Assembly (NCBI RefSeq): GCF_003918875.1 | Contig: NW_025767509.1 | Coordinates: 248,001 to 312,000 of the forward strand | Length of the DNA stretch: 64,000 nt | Direction of reading: 5' to 3' | From: Haliotis rubra | Taxonomy: Eukaryota | Shown: positions 36,097-49,679 of the stretch, in pieces | Layout: each line of letters opens with the position of its first letter | How positions within the stretch are numbered: the first letter of the stretch is position 1 | Translations under genes and position numbers: made by a program | Notes under the pieces: model-generated | What the model was told of the DNA's origin: nothing | The model's database searches: none | Seen by the model: the letters and a program-made list of their open reading frames with translations, nothing else

Positions 36097-38051
36097 GATT
36101 AATGAGAACATGAGCCACATCTTGCTGTCTATGTATTAAAAAATGACATGTCGTTGTAATATCGTTTCAGTTTGTTTCACATTGTATTATTGGTATTGTG
36201 TTTACGACCATTCCTTCATTATGTTATTGACACAGGCCCTTACATAACTTTACTTGTGTAGTAGCAATTAATGTGTTCGCATGTTTCGTCGGAGATCGAG
36301 TTCGATTCTCATGCAGGGTATAGTATGTGAAGCCAATTTCTGGTGCTCCACACCAAATTTTGCAACAATTGGCCAAAGCGGAAAAACTCACTCACCCATT
36401 CACTACTCAACACTATGGCTGTGCTTTTACAGCGCCAGCGACTGAGAATGTATTTCACTGGCTTTCAAGGTCAGGGTTGAATTGTATAATGTAGGCTTAT
36501 TCTACGGGTAATAATGTTTCATGAACTTTGTGTTGCCCTGTTCGTGGGCTTAGACAAAGTGGACTGAACGTGTTACAAGGATGTACTGTTAAACACGGCT
36601 AGGGGACGGGGAACACCGGGTTGGAATTGGTCTCCAGCAGCCCATCTTTGGACATTAAAACAACTGGGGTATCACAGGTAGAATTACAACTAGCAGTTAA
36701 CGTTAAAATAATAGCACTATTGGAACAATACACATCATTAAAACAGGCTACAGATGGCCAGCACATCACCGTACAGCTGAAATATAGGCTGAAAGCGGCG
36801 TTAAACAACAAGCAACCTAACGGCGGTAACCAACACTAACTCACACACTCTCTATAGTCGTGTTCCCAGGCTGACAAGTAACGATTTTAAGGTGTAATGT
36901 TCAAACGCTGCATTCGTGAAACGTGACCTTGACTCCAATTCAGAAACGTGGTCGTATTCTACTGCTGACATTTTCGAGATGGAAATAATCAATTGAAAGT
37001 CAATTATGTAACCAAAATAGCAAATTGATGTGGCACACGCATTCCGGGAACGGGACGGTATACACCTTGGGCATACCAGAAATACTTACTCAGTTATGAC
37101 ACGGAACGTTGAACCATTGCCGCCAGATTGACGTTAGCTATAGTTTAGCGCAACGTGCGTCAGTAGAGTTAATTGAAAGACGCTGGTCTCGTGGAGTATT
37201 ACTGAATCTTCGGTACTTGTATGGCAAGTGACGGACATAAATCTAAATGTATCGACACTGAACCTACGGGATGCTGGACACGGTTATCGATGTACAAGTG
37301 CGGTAACCCTGTCGTTGTGAGTATACTGACGGTCAAAAGAAAATTATCAAAACGCAGCAAAGCTGAAAACTGTGGCCGAATCAAACTTCAAATGCGATTA
37401 TGGATCCTGTATGAAATACTTCACCATCGAAAAAACATTTCCTGTGTTAAAGTTGCACGTATAAATCCTTTACAGCTATGTGTAAATTTGGGTGTGTTCT
37501 ATTTGTTTTGTTTTGTTGTTCTGTTTTTTTGTTGTTTTGTGGTTTTGTTTTGAGGGAGGGGGCCATTTGTCTATTAATTGCTTTCTTTTTCCTTTTGACA
37601 TGTTTAGTTGGTTGGGTTTTTTAATGGAATAAAGAAATGGTAGGGTACATGCTTAGACACAATTAATGCTCTAAGCAATTAATGCTCCATGGTCCAGAGC
37701 TTATGTCCTATTCGGCAAACGCTGCAATTAATAACAAGTGTAGAAATGAGGCCTTGACCTTGAATAATCGTTAAAGGCTAATTCTGACGTTATCATATTG
37801 GCTTCCACAGACGCACGTGTTATGTTTTGAATTACGTGTTCGTAATTGTCCTCCATTGTGTTCTTTATTATTCCTCAATGAAAGACATTTTGATGGCAGT
37901 TATCTCTGCTAGGTGACATGCGCATGAGTTAAAAGTCGCGTTCAAGATTATTGCATTGATATTGCGATATTGTCCGGAATTATGCCATGCCATTGTTTAT
38001 CATGCATACTCTTGATTGATAATGTGCCTATGATAGTACCTATCGGACCTA

Positions 38052-38312
38052 GTGAGTGGGTGAGTGAGTGAGTTAATATTTAACGTCACATCGGCAATAT
38101 CTCAGTCATATCCTGACGAAAACAATTTATACAATAAAGATGAAAACATTCTGAAGTGTAAAACCTGTCGACGATGGACAGTAAAAATACTAGAGTATCA
38201 CAGATATGAATATAAAACTAGCATGTAAATCTAAAACATTTTAATTCAAGAAGACAATACACTATGAAACAAGGCATATAGATCGCCAAGAACTGAAGGT
38301 AGATCACCATAC
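38052..38312 (-). mobile_element. 3' UTR fragment of the I/Nimb-type LINE
   Basis: Similar to 57697-57925; (actc)n tail; flanking tacctatcg. Confidence 0.8.
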
Positions 38313-39224
38313 TACCTATCGCATCATGGAGTCGGTTAGGCTAGTGGTAGAAGTGTTCGCTGGTGATGCCCAAGATCCGGTTGGATAGACTTTATGGATC
38401 TTTTTTTGTACTTCGTCGCTCTGTGCAATAAGCAAGAACCTTTTATCCAATTTTTTGCAGAAATAGGTCTTCCTGTATGGGCATATTAGTACAACGTCTC
38501 TCTTCTAAATGGTTGGTTCAAACGGAATCATTATGATATCCGTTCACACACCGTTCCAACGAAGTTGAAATCCCTCATAGAGTTATCCAGGGATCGACAT
38601 AACGAAAGAAGGAAACGTAGCGACCAAGCGTCGAGGTAACCGTATGTTCGACAAGTCAAATGCCATTTTTATAGCAAATAATCTTGGGGTTATGATATTA
38701 GAACGCAGATTTTGCAGTGAAAATATACTTCATGTTTCATAAAGTTTCAAATTTCAACCGTTCCAATCATGAATAAGATTAACCTGAGATCATCGTGCAG
38801 TGGACACAGACAATAAACACGTACTGTATTCCTGGGTATCACGTTTCATTGGATCAAAAGACTGTTTACAAAGTAGCAAACAAATTGTTATTTACAATGA
38901 CTGTTAAAGCGAGATTGCAAATCTTAAAATGACATTAAACTCAAAAAAGACATATGAAGTATTAAAGTGAATAGGTACTTTTAATCTTCCAGGCTAACTT
39001 GACATGTTCATATTCATAATGTGATAATGTACAGTTTGATTTTACAGTTACCAGTTAAAACAAACCGACGAAGCTACACTAAACTAGGTATTTTTTCTTT
39101 ACGTTGTTTTTGTTTTTGTGTGTATTTTTGTCCATGGTGGAACATGTTGTTACGTGAGCTTATTGTTGAAACAATAAGAAATCAGTACGTGTTTGAAACC
39201 ACCAACAAACACAAGCAATATTAT

Positions 39225-39466
39225 TCAATTAGTTGGTTTGATGTTTAACGCTGCACTCAGCAATATCCCAGATTTATGGCGGCGGACTGTAAATAATCGA
39301 GTCTGGACCAGACAATCCAGTGATCAACAGCGTGAGCATCGATCTGCGCGATTGGGAACCGATGACATGTGTCAACCACGTCAGCGAGCCTGACCACCCG
39401 ATCCTATCACCTCTTACGACAAGCATGGGGTGCGAAAGTCTATTTCTAACCCGGATCTTCAAGGGT
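39225..39466 (-). mobile_element. SINE family A
   Basis: Family match. Confidence 0.9.
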
Positions 39467-39734
39467 TTATTAAATTCTAAGATTAAATGAAAACCAATAC
39501 AAATTACTGTAAACACACAAAATATTGCTGCAGTACAAATTCATTGGCAATATGATATGAAAGCAGTGAATTCAGCATTAGAGTCAGTAATATTAAGATT
39601 TACCTCGCTGCAGCAGTTGTCAAGCTCCCAAAAATAAGTTCAGGAGGAGAATCCAGGGTCAAAAGTGATCTTAATACAACTGCTGGTCTTAATGAGATGA
39701 GTTTTGCATATAAAAAATGCTTCTGGAAGATTCC

Positions 39735-40130
39735 GTTCTGGGTTACAATATAATAACGAGGGCACTTATACCGCGCAATACTCCACACCACAAAGGGGCA
39801 TGCTCAAAGCACGCACAAACACCACAACATTATTACCCTGGATAATCCAACCTTCCTGTTGGGCGCTAGAAGGTTATAGTCATATGACTTTATCCCACCG
39901 GGTACCCATTTTCTGCTGGTGAACAGAGTCAATTTTTATCAAATCACTTGCCTAAGGTGAGACCACATGTGTCACATGTGTTCTTGGTGGGGCAGGACTG
40001 AAGCCCTAGAAACTCTCTGGAGTCAAGCCGCCAAACACAGTCACCCGTCCAAGGACTCTCCGAGCTGAATGTTGCTTAACTTCAACTGATTTGTGACCTG
40101 AGCTCTGTGCACAGGACCACACACCACCAT
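39735..40130 (-). mobile_element. 5S rRNA-derived SINE (SINE3-type) with CORE-like domain
   Basis: Minus strand gaagttaagcaacattcagctcggagagtccttggacgggtgac resembles 5S boxes A, IE and C; followed by accttaggcaagtgat..ccagcagaaaatgggtacc (CORE-like). Confidence 0.65.
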
Positions 40131-40466
40131 AATATGCCGGACTATTCCTACTGACATAGTTGCTGGCTTGCCAACGTCCCTGGTGGCGTGCATAGACGGT
40201 TATAATGTCAAAACAAGTTTTCTGGTTCTTGTGTGGAACATTAATCATCAAGGACAATCTAAGGAAAGTATTAGCCATTTGGATCATATTCAAGGATTAT
40301 CCGTATGCCCGTTAATATAACGCCCGTAAGCACGTAACTATATAACTCGTATTCACGTCAATATATTACCCGTAAACACGTCAATTTTTATCTCTATGGA
40401 CGTAAATATATTACCGGTTTACACGTTAATATATTACCCGTATGCAGGTCAATATATTATCTCTAT

Positions 40467-41010
40467 TCGGTGGTTTCACATTACTTTTCAACACGCTGTG
40501 CACATGCGCAGAGCGTGTGAAAATATCCTCTGGCCTAGTTCCGGTTTGGTCGTATGTTTACTGATAGTGCAAATACAATAAAAGCTGTTATGAAGGTCAT
40601 TTACCTTGTGACAACTGTTCATAGCTGGGTACATACTTCCTTTTGCCTCTGCTTTTCAATAATTGATGTCCGTTTTGGTTGCAATTGCATCAGAGATGTG
40701 TTTCTTGAGTTGTGAGGAGATTTGGGTCCAGGGATGTGCGGGAAGGACGGTGGTGGTGAGATGTGTTTATACAAGAGCATGTTAACATAAATTAAGCTAT
40801 CTATAATTATTTAACTAATCCTGGGCTTTGTTTCATAAATCAATTGGGATCAGTTGCATTCGACATAAAACTATATATTTGTTTTGACTTTTGTTTTCTT
40901 CGGAGTGTGTTTACACTATCGGTAAAGCACACGACCAAACCGGAATCTGGCCAGTGGTTTTTTTACACGCTCTGCGCACGGCGAGTCGAACATTAATGTG
41001 AAACCAACGA
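40467..41010. mobile_element. MITE with imperfect long inverted repeats of about 110 bp, adjoined by a 22-bp tandem repeat (40300-40465)
   Basis: gcagagcgtgtgaaaa..ccggtttggtcgtatgtttactgatagtg vs cactatcggtaaagcacacgaccaaaccgg..acacgctctgc. Confidence 0.75.
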
Positions 41011-41849
41011 ATGCACGTCCATATATTCCCCGCATCCACGTCAGTGTATAATCTGACTCCGATTCTGACTCCGAATAATTCTGCAAACAAAATTATTCTT
41101 TTTTTTCCATTCTTTCTTCGCCATGAAGAGAAAGAGTAAAGGAACTACAGTGCCTAAAGGCAAAATTTGAACGTGCTGACTATGTCAATTACACGACAAT
41201 GGTTCGCTTTGTCAGATATCTTGGAGACAATTAATTTCGTTTGCACTGTTACATCACCGCACAAGGTCATTAGTTTACAATGGCTTAGGGGTTGTAACAT
41301 TATGTCAGTTTTAAATTTGCAATTAACACCATACAATATCCGCCCGAGGGTGTGATTCAATCGAATGTAGTCTCCATCATAATGCATGGCAAAAACTGAC
41401 GCAAATGCAGTAAATAGGGACTAAAAACGTGTCTTCTCCGACGTTCGCGCCTTTCAGTGCACAGTATCACAAACATGAAAGCTTAGACCTGTGTCTTTCT
41501 CCGACGTCCGCGCCAAATCCAACCACTAATTCGCTCCTATCATCGGAGTTCCGTCGTGCCTTCGCCCACGTTTTATATTCCTCAACATTACCGACTTTGA
41601 TCCCATATTGATACGTTAAAAGAAGGGGCGGCCCAGTGATAAATAGTTGCCATGATACGATCTGCAGAGTTGCCTCCCTTAGTATTTGAAGATTGCATTG
41701 ATTGTGGGTTTGAATTGCAGGTTACTGTCTATGTTCCTGCATTACTGTACCCATAGTCGTGTGTTTTACCAAACAAGTAACCGTCTGATGCGACTTCGAT
41801 CATCGTGGAATTTCTTTACCCATTCTGCTTTTAACTGTAGTAGTTTTGG

Positions 41850-42470
41850 GTCAAAATTTAAAGTCACATCGGCAGTATCTCAGCCACATCACGACTATGT
41901 TACCTACGCATTAATGGAAACAATCCTCAACCATATGAAACTTGTCAACAAAGGGCAGTAGAATAACTAGAATATCACAGTATGTAAAACGAGTAAATAT
42001 CCATAACATTAGATTATCTAAACGACACAATATATAAACTGGCAATAAATCACCAACAACCGAAGCGAGATCACCATTCTGGGGACCATGGGGACTTACA
42101 GTGCATTTGCTACCTACATGACCCTTGGCTGTATTTACACCGTCCGGCCCGTGAAGATCCGGGGTAGAGTAGGTCTTCAGCAACCCACGCTTGCTACAAA
42201 AGGCGACTATGCTTGTCGTCAGATTCGACTAACGGGATCGGGTGGTCAGGCTCGCTGACTTGGTTGACACATGTCATCGGTTCCCAGTTGCGCAGATCGA
42301 TGCTCATGCTGTTGATCACTGGATTGTCTGGTCCAGACTCGATTATTTACAGACCGCCGCCATATAGCTGGAATATTGCTGAGTGCGGCGTAAAACTAAA
42401 CCCACTCTCTCATGATTTACACCGTCCCCAAAGCCTTTAGTGATTATAGACATTATAGCCACGAATTAAA
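41850..42470 (-). mobile_element. LINE 3' UTR fragment interrupted by a SINE-A (+, 42147-42412)
   Basis: Similar to 30592-30915; SINE TSD atttacaccgtcc. Confidence 0.8.
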
Positions 42471-42734
42471 ATTCATGTATTTTTTAAACATTCTAAGGAT
42501 CAACAGCGGTTAATCCAAATAAGGGACTATGTATGTAGAAGAGCTACTGTAAGGGCCAATGGACCCTTGATCTATGATCTCGTTTATCGGTGATCCGTAG
42601 ATCGTTCGTGTCATAAATTGTTTGTGGCTACATAATTCTTTGAAATATAGATTTATGATACTCTCGTTGAATGCCTATTCGTGGTGGTGTGTAAATAATC
42701 TATATTGATTTATCATCTGTTCTAATTTGTCTTT

Positions 42735-42976
42735 TGTTTGGCTTAACGCCTTACTCAGAAATATTTCGGCTAAATGGCGGTGATCTATGTAATATGCGAG
42801 TCTGGACCAGCAAATCCAGTGAATAACATCATGCTAATCTATCATCGTACTTAAACTGGGAACCGATGACATGTGCCAACCAAGTCAGTGAGCCTGACCA
42901 CTCGAACCCGTTAGTCGCCTCTTACGAGAAGCATGGGTTACGGAAGACCAATTCTAACCCGTATCTTTATGGGTCA
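42735..42976 (-). mobile_element. SINE family A, diverged
   Basis: Family match. Confidence 0.85.
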
Positions 42977-43102
42977 TTAATTTTATCATATAGTGACAAG
43001 AACAAGTTTAATTAATGTCGTACTTGTACCTGTCACTATGTGGGTGGCAGACGGACGATGCCACTGCAAACGGTTAAGTTTTTTATTTTGTTTTTCACAT
43101 CA

Positions 43103-43455
43103 AGGTGAGGTGAGGTGAGGTGAGGTGAAATTGGGTTTAACGTCGTGCTTGAGAATATTTCGCTCATATGACGACGTGCATGCGTGTGTATGTGTATGTG
43201 CGGCTGCTTGTACTAGCCCGGACTTAAGCTGGTTTTATAGTGCTAGCCCACTGAGATACCATGCCGCAGTGAAGCATGAATACCCTACTCAGACACATTA
43301 TACTGAGTCCGAGCCGACCAGTCCTTGTTGTACCCATTAATGCCGAGAGCCAGACAGCGTCTTTAACGTCTTTTGGTATGACGCGATCGGGGATCGAACC
43401 CGCGACCTTCCGCTCTCCGGGCGGACGCTCTAACCACAACACCACAGAGGCGGTC
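43103..43455 (-). mobile_element. SINE family C, full length
   Basis: tRNA head; TSD tttcacatcaag; (cacct)n tail. Confidence 0.93.
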
Positions 43456-44198
43456 GTTTCACATCAAGCATACACGCCCTAATAAAACGTTGCTATGAAT
43501 TATTTGTTGTGTCACAGTGGACGCTGAAATATTTGTTTTACAGTCGAGTTCTGGACCAGACAATCCAGTGATTGACATGATAACCAACTGGTCTACGCAA
43601 CTGGTGAGGGTCTGATCCCGTTACTCGCCTATTGAAACAGCCTTAAACCAAACGTACTACCACATGTACCGTTACCCCATCAACCCACTGTACCTCACCT
43701 GCACCACCGAACGCTGAGTTAACGCCCGTCCAACTAAACTTGAACCGCCATATAGCTTGAATATTGCTGAGTGCGGCGTCAAACTAAACTCACTCACTAA
43801 ACTTGAAACTGAAACCACGAAAGACGATGGCAGTGAAATTGAATCCCAATAGGAATTGTGACAGGTATCGCACTAAACGGAAAACGTCCAAGCCAGAGAA
43901 CATCCAGTCTTGATCATTCACCGTTGAAGGAACAGCGTTGAAGGAACAAATAGTCATTCTCGGTTATATTAAATATACCTCGCTGCAAAGGTGGAATGTA
44001 ATTGTTGACTCGTACAATGAAATCTTCATAATTCAAACATACGTCGCTATGCGCTAAACGAAGATGCAACTTTGGCATCCCGACAGAAAACTCTCGTCGA
44101 TACTCAGGTATCTAGATACATTTCCCGATGGGTTCGAGGACTGGGCAATATCAATGTTTCAGTGCATGTTCATGCTGGAGTTAGACCCAATTGGAAAA

Positions 44199-44808
44199 TG
44201 TTATGACTGCCTGTGTGGACAGTATACCGATGTTATAGGGACTAATTCAGGACAGCCATCGTCCAAATATTACAAAAGTCCAAAACTATGTACTCAAGAC
44301 ATGAGAGACTTTATTGTAATATGTATATGACGCTAACCTGTATTTTTAATCACTACTGTACATCCTTATCACTACCGCATTGTAAATTGACTTGTCAGCT
44401 CATTAATTATTGTATAAGACATTTATAACCTTCATTGGTAATCCCCCTTGGCCGTGTCTGCCATCACATCAACTGGTCAAGGAAGTGCTATTGTTTTGCT
44501 GTCTGTCCATTGATGAGTCGTCGCCTGTCCATTGTTGTCAAAAACTGTATATATACTTAGTATGCTTATATCTAGACGGTGAAGGAGTACGAGTTCGGTA
44601 TTTGGACTGTCTGTTGGGACGACCACGAGCAGGATAATGCCGCTCGTAGGAAACGCCCTGGGGTTGAGCAGGTACTCCGCTCACCTCGCTCATGTCTTGT
44701 GTATTTGTTTGTCATATACTAAAGAAGTTTGAATTCAACTATGCCTTCGTCTTCATCAACGCACACTTCATCTTAATTATGAGCTAATTCCCAAGTCGAC
44801 ACATAACC
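44199..44808 (+). mobile_element. Possible solo LTR
   Basis: tgttatg ... cataac(c)a termini and internal tatatata; no TSD found. Confidence 0.3.
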
Positions 44809-44989
44809 ACGCGTTGACACCGAGAAAGAGGAAGGTCGGTGTTCCCAAGGTGTGCCATAACGGTGTATTCCCAGAGTGGCCCCTCTGTCTATTACGTAAC
44901 AACCAAATTCAGGGTCCACTCTGGGACAACTCGTTAAGAAGGTGTGAACGCGGGGGCCAACTTACTTGTTGTCAAAACAAAGAGTTAAT

Positions 44990-45492
44990 TATTATTATTA
45001 TTGGATATTTATATAGCGCACATATCCATGCACTATTGCATGCTCAAGGCCCTGGTATGTTTCCCTCGATCCTCGGATGTCAATCTCATATCTTATTATC
45101 AGTCTCAACTCCTTGGGGAGTATACAACTCTTGCTGCCACAAGGCGCACCGACTTAATGCGGCTTTCCAATCCTTACGAGGTACCCATTGACAGCTGGGT
45201 GGACTGGGACACATAGTCACAGTACTTTGTCCAAGTTTACTGCACATTGCTGTAGCCGATACTAGATGTATTCATGTGGCCACCATCTGGTAATATACCA
45301 ACGGATTTGTGGGTTCTTTTAAGTGCACAGGGCTGTGTACTGTACACTAGGGGTTGTGACATCACTGACAGAGGCTGCACACAAAGTTGACTCCAAGGTT
45401 TTTACATCCGGTCACAGGTGGGCACGATCCCGGCACCTCATGCTCGCTGGTCCACTAGCCTGATGCCTTAGCCAGCTCGCCCACCACGCCCT
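44990..45492 (-). mobile_element. Composite tRNA-derived SINE (Nin/Deu-like plus CORE-like domains, L2-type tail)
   Basis: Minus strand: degenerate tRNA head; gtcaactttgtgtgcag..gcacttaaaagaaccc; cccagtccacccagctgtcaatgggtacc; tail gcgctatataaat..(aat)n. Confidence 0.7.
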
Positions 45493-46079
45493 CAACTGTG
45501 TAATCTGCTACTGTGAGTAGAAGGCGACTGCTGATGCTGTTAACGAAGTGATAACTTCAGAGCACAAAGTGAGAGTTTGATTACGATTAATGGTTTGTGT
45601 AATCATTTATCTTTAATTTTAATGTTGTTAGCTGCTGGTCTGATTTCTCAGTTTGTCGAGGAGGAAGTTTGTGTAATAATGTATCAGATTCTTTATTTGT
45701 GTGTGTGTTTTTATCCCTTCTTGTAATTTTGCTATAAGAACAGTTCTGGGTAAATGTTGGTGACATCAGCCACGGCTCTAAAGGGATCGATTGTTCCCGG
45801 TAGGAAAAATGGATTTGATATTTGATGGAGGGTTTCAGGTACAACACGAAGAAGCAAAACAAGAATGTAAATGTATCGTAAAACACTCTTTGGTGTTTTT
45901 GTGTTTCTTTTATCATGGTACTCAGAGCTCTTTCAAAGCGTCACGCCTCCGTAATCAGTCCAACACTGTTGGTAATTTAAGCTGATTAGATTAGGAGAGG
46001 CCTTTCTTCTTCTTCTTCAGTTAGGTGCTTTGAAGGTCGCCTTCGCCTGTTGGCATTTCGGCAGACCTATCCCGCCTGG

Positions 46080-46215
46080 GGATGCGTGGGGTGTCCCTCC
46101 TTGGGATTCGCGGGGGAGGCTGTGGTGTCCCTCCTTGGGACGCTTGGGCCGGATAAGGGTGTCCCTCCTTGGGACGCGTGGGGCGGGGTTGGAGTGTCCC
46201 TCCTTGGGACGCATG
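46080..46215. repeat. Four GC-rich repeats of about 35 bp, each a gtccc-tcctt-gggac hairpin
   Basis: gtgtccctccttggga at about 46090, 46125, 46159 and 46194. Confidence 0.85.
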
Positions 46216-46849
46216 GGCTGGAGAGGCCAGTGCGGGAAACACTTAAGTATTCGGGGGGCCACTCTGGGAAGGGTTGTTAACAAGGCGTGAAAACTCAGGG
46301 GCTACTGCGGGAAGGGCCACTGTCATAACACAGTGCATTACAAAATGTTACCCGTTGTTACCTTGCCTTGCGCCCGCGTGAGTGGTGCATCTATGTTGAA
46401 GTGCGGAACGGTATTCAATGGCCTAGCGTTGTGTATCTGCTAGTGCTGGTACAATACAGATGCATAGGTCTACACACAAACATATTGAACGCGACGTTCA
46501 ATCACATTCCGCCTCATCTATCCATTCTCACTTTACGTCCATTCAAGAAATAGTTGTCTATTGGTTGACAAACTTTGAATAAAATGGCATATTTATCAAA
46601 CCAGTTTGACCAGGTACCCGACGACGTATTACAAGCAGTTCTCATGGGAAGGATCAGAAATCTTACCTGATGAATTAAAGGAAAGATTCAGCATGATGTG
46701 GCCGTCTGACTCAATGTTCATTGCCCTGTATCCGTCAGTTGGTATCCAGGTACAGGTGCGCGTTCAAGTCCAGAATCAGGTCCAGCGGCAGGTAACACCA
46801 ATTAATACGCATCCGATGTTCTTCTTTCCTCACAGGTGAGAACACATAA

Positions 46850-47001
46850 AATATCCTTTTGAACACTGTTTTCAAACCAATTTCCTTTTGAACTCTCTTT
46901 CCACACCACTTTCCTATTGAACACTGTTTCCAAACCACTTTCCTATTCAACACTGTTTCGAAACAAATTTCCTTTTAAACACTGTTTCCAAACCAATTTC
47001 T
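46850..47001 (+). repeat. About 29-bp minisatellite (ttgaacactgtttccaaaccaatttcctt)
   Basis: About 5 copies. Confidence 0.9.
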
Positions 47002-47497
47002 TGACTTTCAAATGTGAATTTTCAATAAAAGAAATGAAATTAATGAAATAGTTGTTTTGAAAAACTTTTGAAGAACTAACTCTGGCAGCACCAACACTTA
47101 AAACTCTATCTTGGCTTCGAGCTCAAGCCGACCACTTGCTAATGGTTTAGCGTGAAGCCGAGATGTGACTCTATGCGGCGCTTCCCGCACATTCACTGTT
47201 CTGGATCAGAGAAGGTGGCTTGTCACGGGCGTATCGATTAGAAAGACTGGTGGCTGTTGTGCTGTGTCCTGCTGCGTCTCTCTGCTACATACTAAATCTT
47301 TCACAGCAGCTGTGGAGTTGCTGTTGCATGCGTGTGTGTATTTACCCGTATGATTACGTTCAGTGACGGAGAGCAAAACACGTTCACCTTGACCAGGCTC
47401 GTGGAATTAAACTGTCTGTTATTCACGGTTAATGGCTACAGGGTACGAGACGCATAAAAAATGTCAAAGTGTTTGAGGGACGTTTTCATCGGATCGA

Positions 47498-48680
47498 TGG
47501 GGTGTACAACGGCTCACGATTATCGGGTCTCCAGCAGCCCACAATTATCGGGTCTCCAGCAACTTCTACTAGTGTGGTGTACAGCAGCCCACAATTATCA
47601 GGTCTCCATCAACCTCTACAAGTGGGGTGTACAACAGCCCACGATTATCGGGTCTCTAGCAACTTCTACAAGTGGCTTATACAGCTGCCCACAATTATCG
47701 GGTCTCCAGCAACTTCTACAAGTGGGGTGTACAACTGCCCACGATTATCGGCTCTCCAGCAACTTCTACTAGCGGGGTGTACAGCAGCCCACAATTATCG
47801 GGTCTCCAGCAACTTCTACTAGTGTGGTGTACAGCAGCCCACAATTATCGGGTCTCCAGCAACTTCTACTAGTGTGGTGTACAGCAGCCCACAATTATCG
47901 GGTCTCCAACAACTTCTACTAGTGGGGTGTAGAGCAACCGGCGATTATCAGGTCTCCAGCAACTTCTACTAGTGTGGTGTACAGCAGCCCACGATTATCG
48001 GGTCTCCAGCAACCTCTACAAGTGGGGTGTACAACAGCCCACGATTATCGGGTCTCCAGCAACTTCTACAAGTGGCTTATACAGCAGCCCACAATTATCG
48101 GGTCTCCAGCAACTTCTACAAGTGAGGTGTACAACTGCCCACGATTATCGGGTCTCCAGCAACCTCTACGAGTGTGGTGTACAGCAGCCCACAATTTTAG
48201 GGTCTCCAGCAACTTCTACTAGTAGGGTGTACAACAGCCCACGATTATCGGGTCTCCAGCAACCTCTGCTAATGAGTTTTACAGCAGCCCACGGTTATCG
48301 GGTCCCCAGCAACTTCTACTAATGGGGTTTGTAACAGCCCACGATTATCGAGTCTCCGATAGCCTCTATTAGTAGTGTCTCCAGTACCTTCTTCTAGTGG
48401 GGTGTACAACAGCCCACGATTTTAGGGTCTCCAGCAGCCTCTATTAGTGGGCTTTTACAGCAGCCCACCATTATCGGGTCTCCCGCAGCCTATGCTTGTC
48501 AAGTCTCCCACAGCCTATGCTTGTCAAGTCTCCCGCAGCCTATGCTTGTCAAGTCTCCCGCAGCCTATGCTTGTCAGGTCTGCAGGAATTTGATGCTTGT
48601 TGGGCCTATAGCAGCCAATGCTTGCCGGGCCTACAGCAACCCATGATTGTCGTGTCTACAGCAGCCCATGCTTGTCTGGA
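47498..48680 (+). repeat. 50-bp (2 x 25) minisatellite, about 19 copies, grading into a 25-bp array at 48480-48680
   Basis: Unit gtggggtgtacaacagcccacgattatcgggtctccagcaacttctacta; no unique spacers. Confidence 0.95.
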
Positions 48681-48921
48681 TCAGATACCTGATTAATGGA
48701 ATATCAAAGTAATATGGTGGCTGCGTCGTTGTTCGTAATACCACCTTCTGTGTTTTTCTGGTCCACTTGCGATTATTAACAGATCGCCGACATATCACTA
48801 CATCGCAAGGGTTGACTGATATCTGTTCGTTCCCGTGAAGTCTCGGAGTAGAATCGCCACCATTGCTTGTTCCATTGCTCCAAGTGGCGAGTGACCGGAG
48901 CAAAACCCTCCGATTAGATCT

Positions 48922-49243
48922 GACCGCCTCCGTGGAGTAGTGGTTAGAATGTCCACCCTGAAAGTGGAAGGTTGCGGGTTCGATCCCCGACCGTGTCATA
49001 TCAAAAGACGTTAAAATATGGGACGTGTTGTTCCCTGCCTGTCGCTCGGCATAAATGGGTACAACAAGGACTGGTCGGCTCGAGGTCAGTATAATGTGTC
49101 TGAGTGGGGTATTCATGCTTAACTGCGGCATGGTATCTCAGTGAGATGGCACTAAAAAAAACAGCTATTAAAAGCAGCCACACATACACACCCATGCACG
49201 TCGCCATATGAGCGAAATATTCTTAAACCCCATTTCACCTCAC
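48922..49243 (+). mobile_element. SINE family C
   Basis: Family match; flanking ccgatta. Confidence 0.9.
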
Positions 49244-49679
49244 CCGATTATATTTGGGTGTCAGGCATGCAAGTCGTACAAGACGACCGAATAGATTGGT
49301 TCAGACACGGTGTTTTGGTTGATGGCGTGGTACTTATATATTCTGTATATACTGGTCGCCCTCATATCACTAGACTCCAAGTAAATGATTTAATTTGATC
49401 TAATTTACTTTACCCTTTTTAAGACTTAGTAGAATAAATAAGTTCAATACGCATTAGCTTCTCACATCTGATCATAAGAACATCAAACACAACATGTTTC
49501 ATGATCATCAAGCTCTGTTTGAAGCTGCTACAGAAAGGTTCTTGTAAGTCCTCGTAACTATCAATTAAACCAATGAATAAACCAAACATTTGATATCATA
49601 ACCACAAAAGAATCTAAAGAAACGGAACACAGACCCAAACACTTGATCTTCTAACAACAAAAGAACACAAACACTGTAT

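Noticed and set aside
47461-48480. CRISPR-like regular array or repetitive protein
   Set aside because: Contiguous 50-bp units with no unique spacers, no cas genes and a eukaryotic context; unit length is not a multiple of 3
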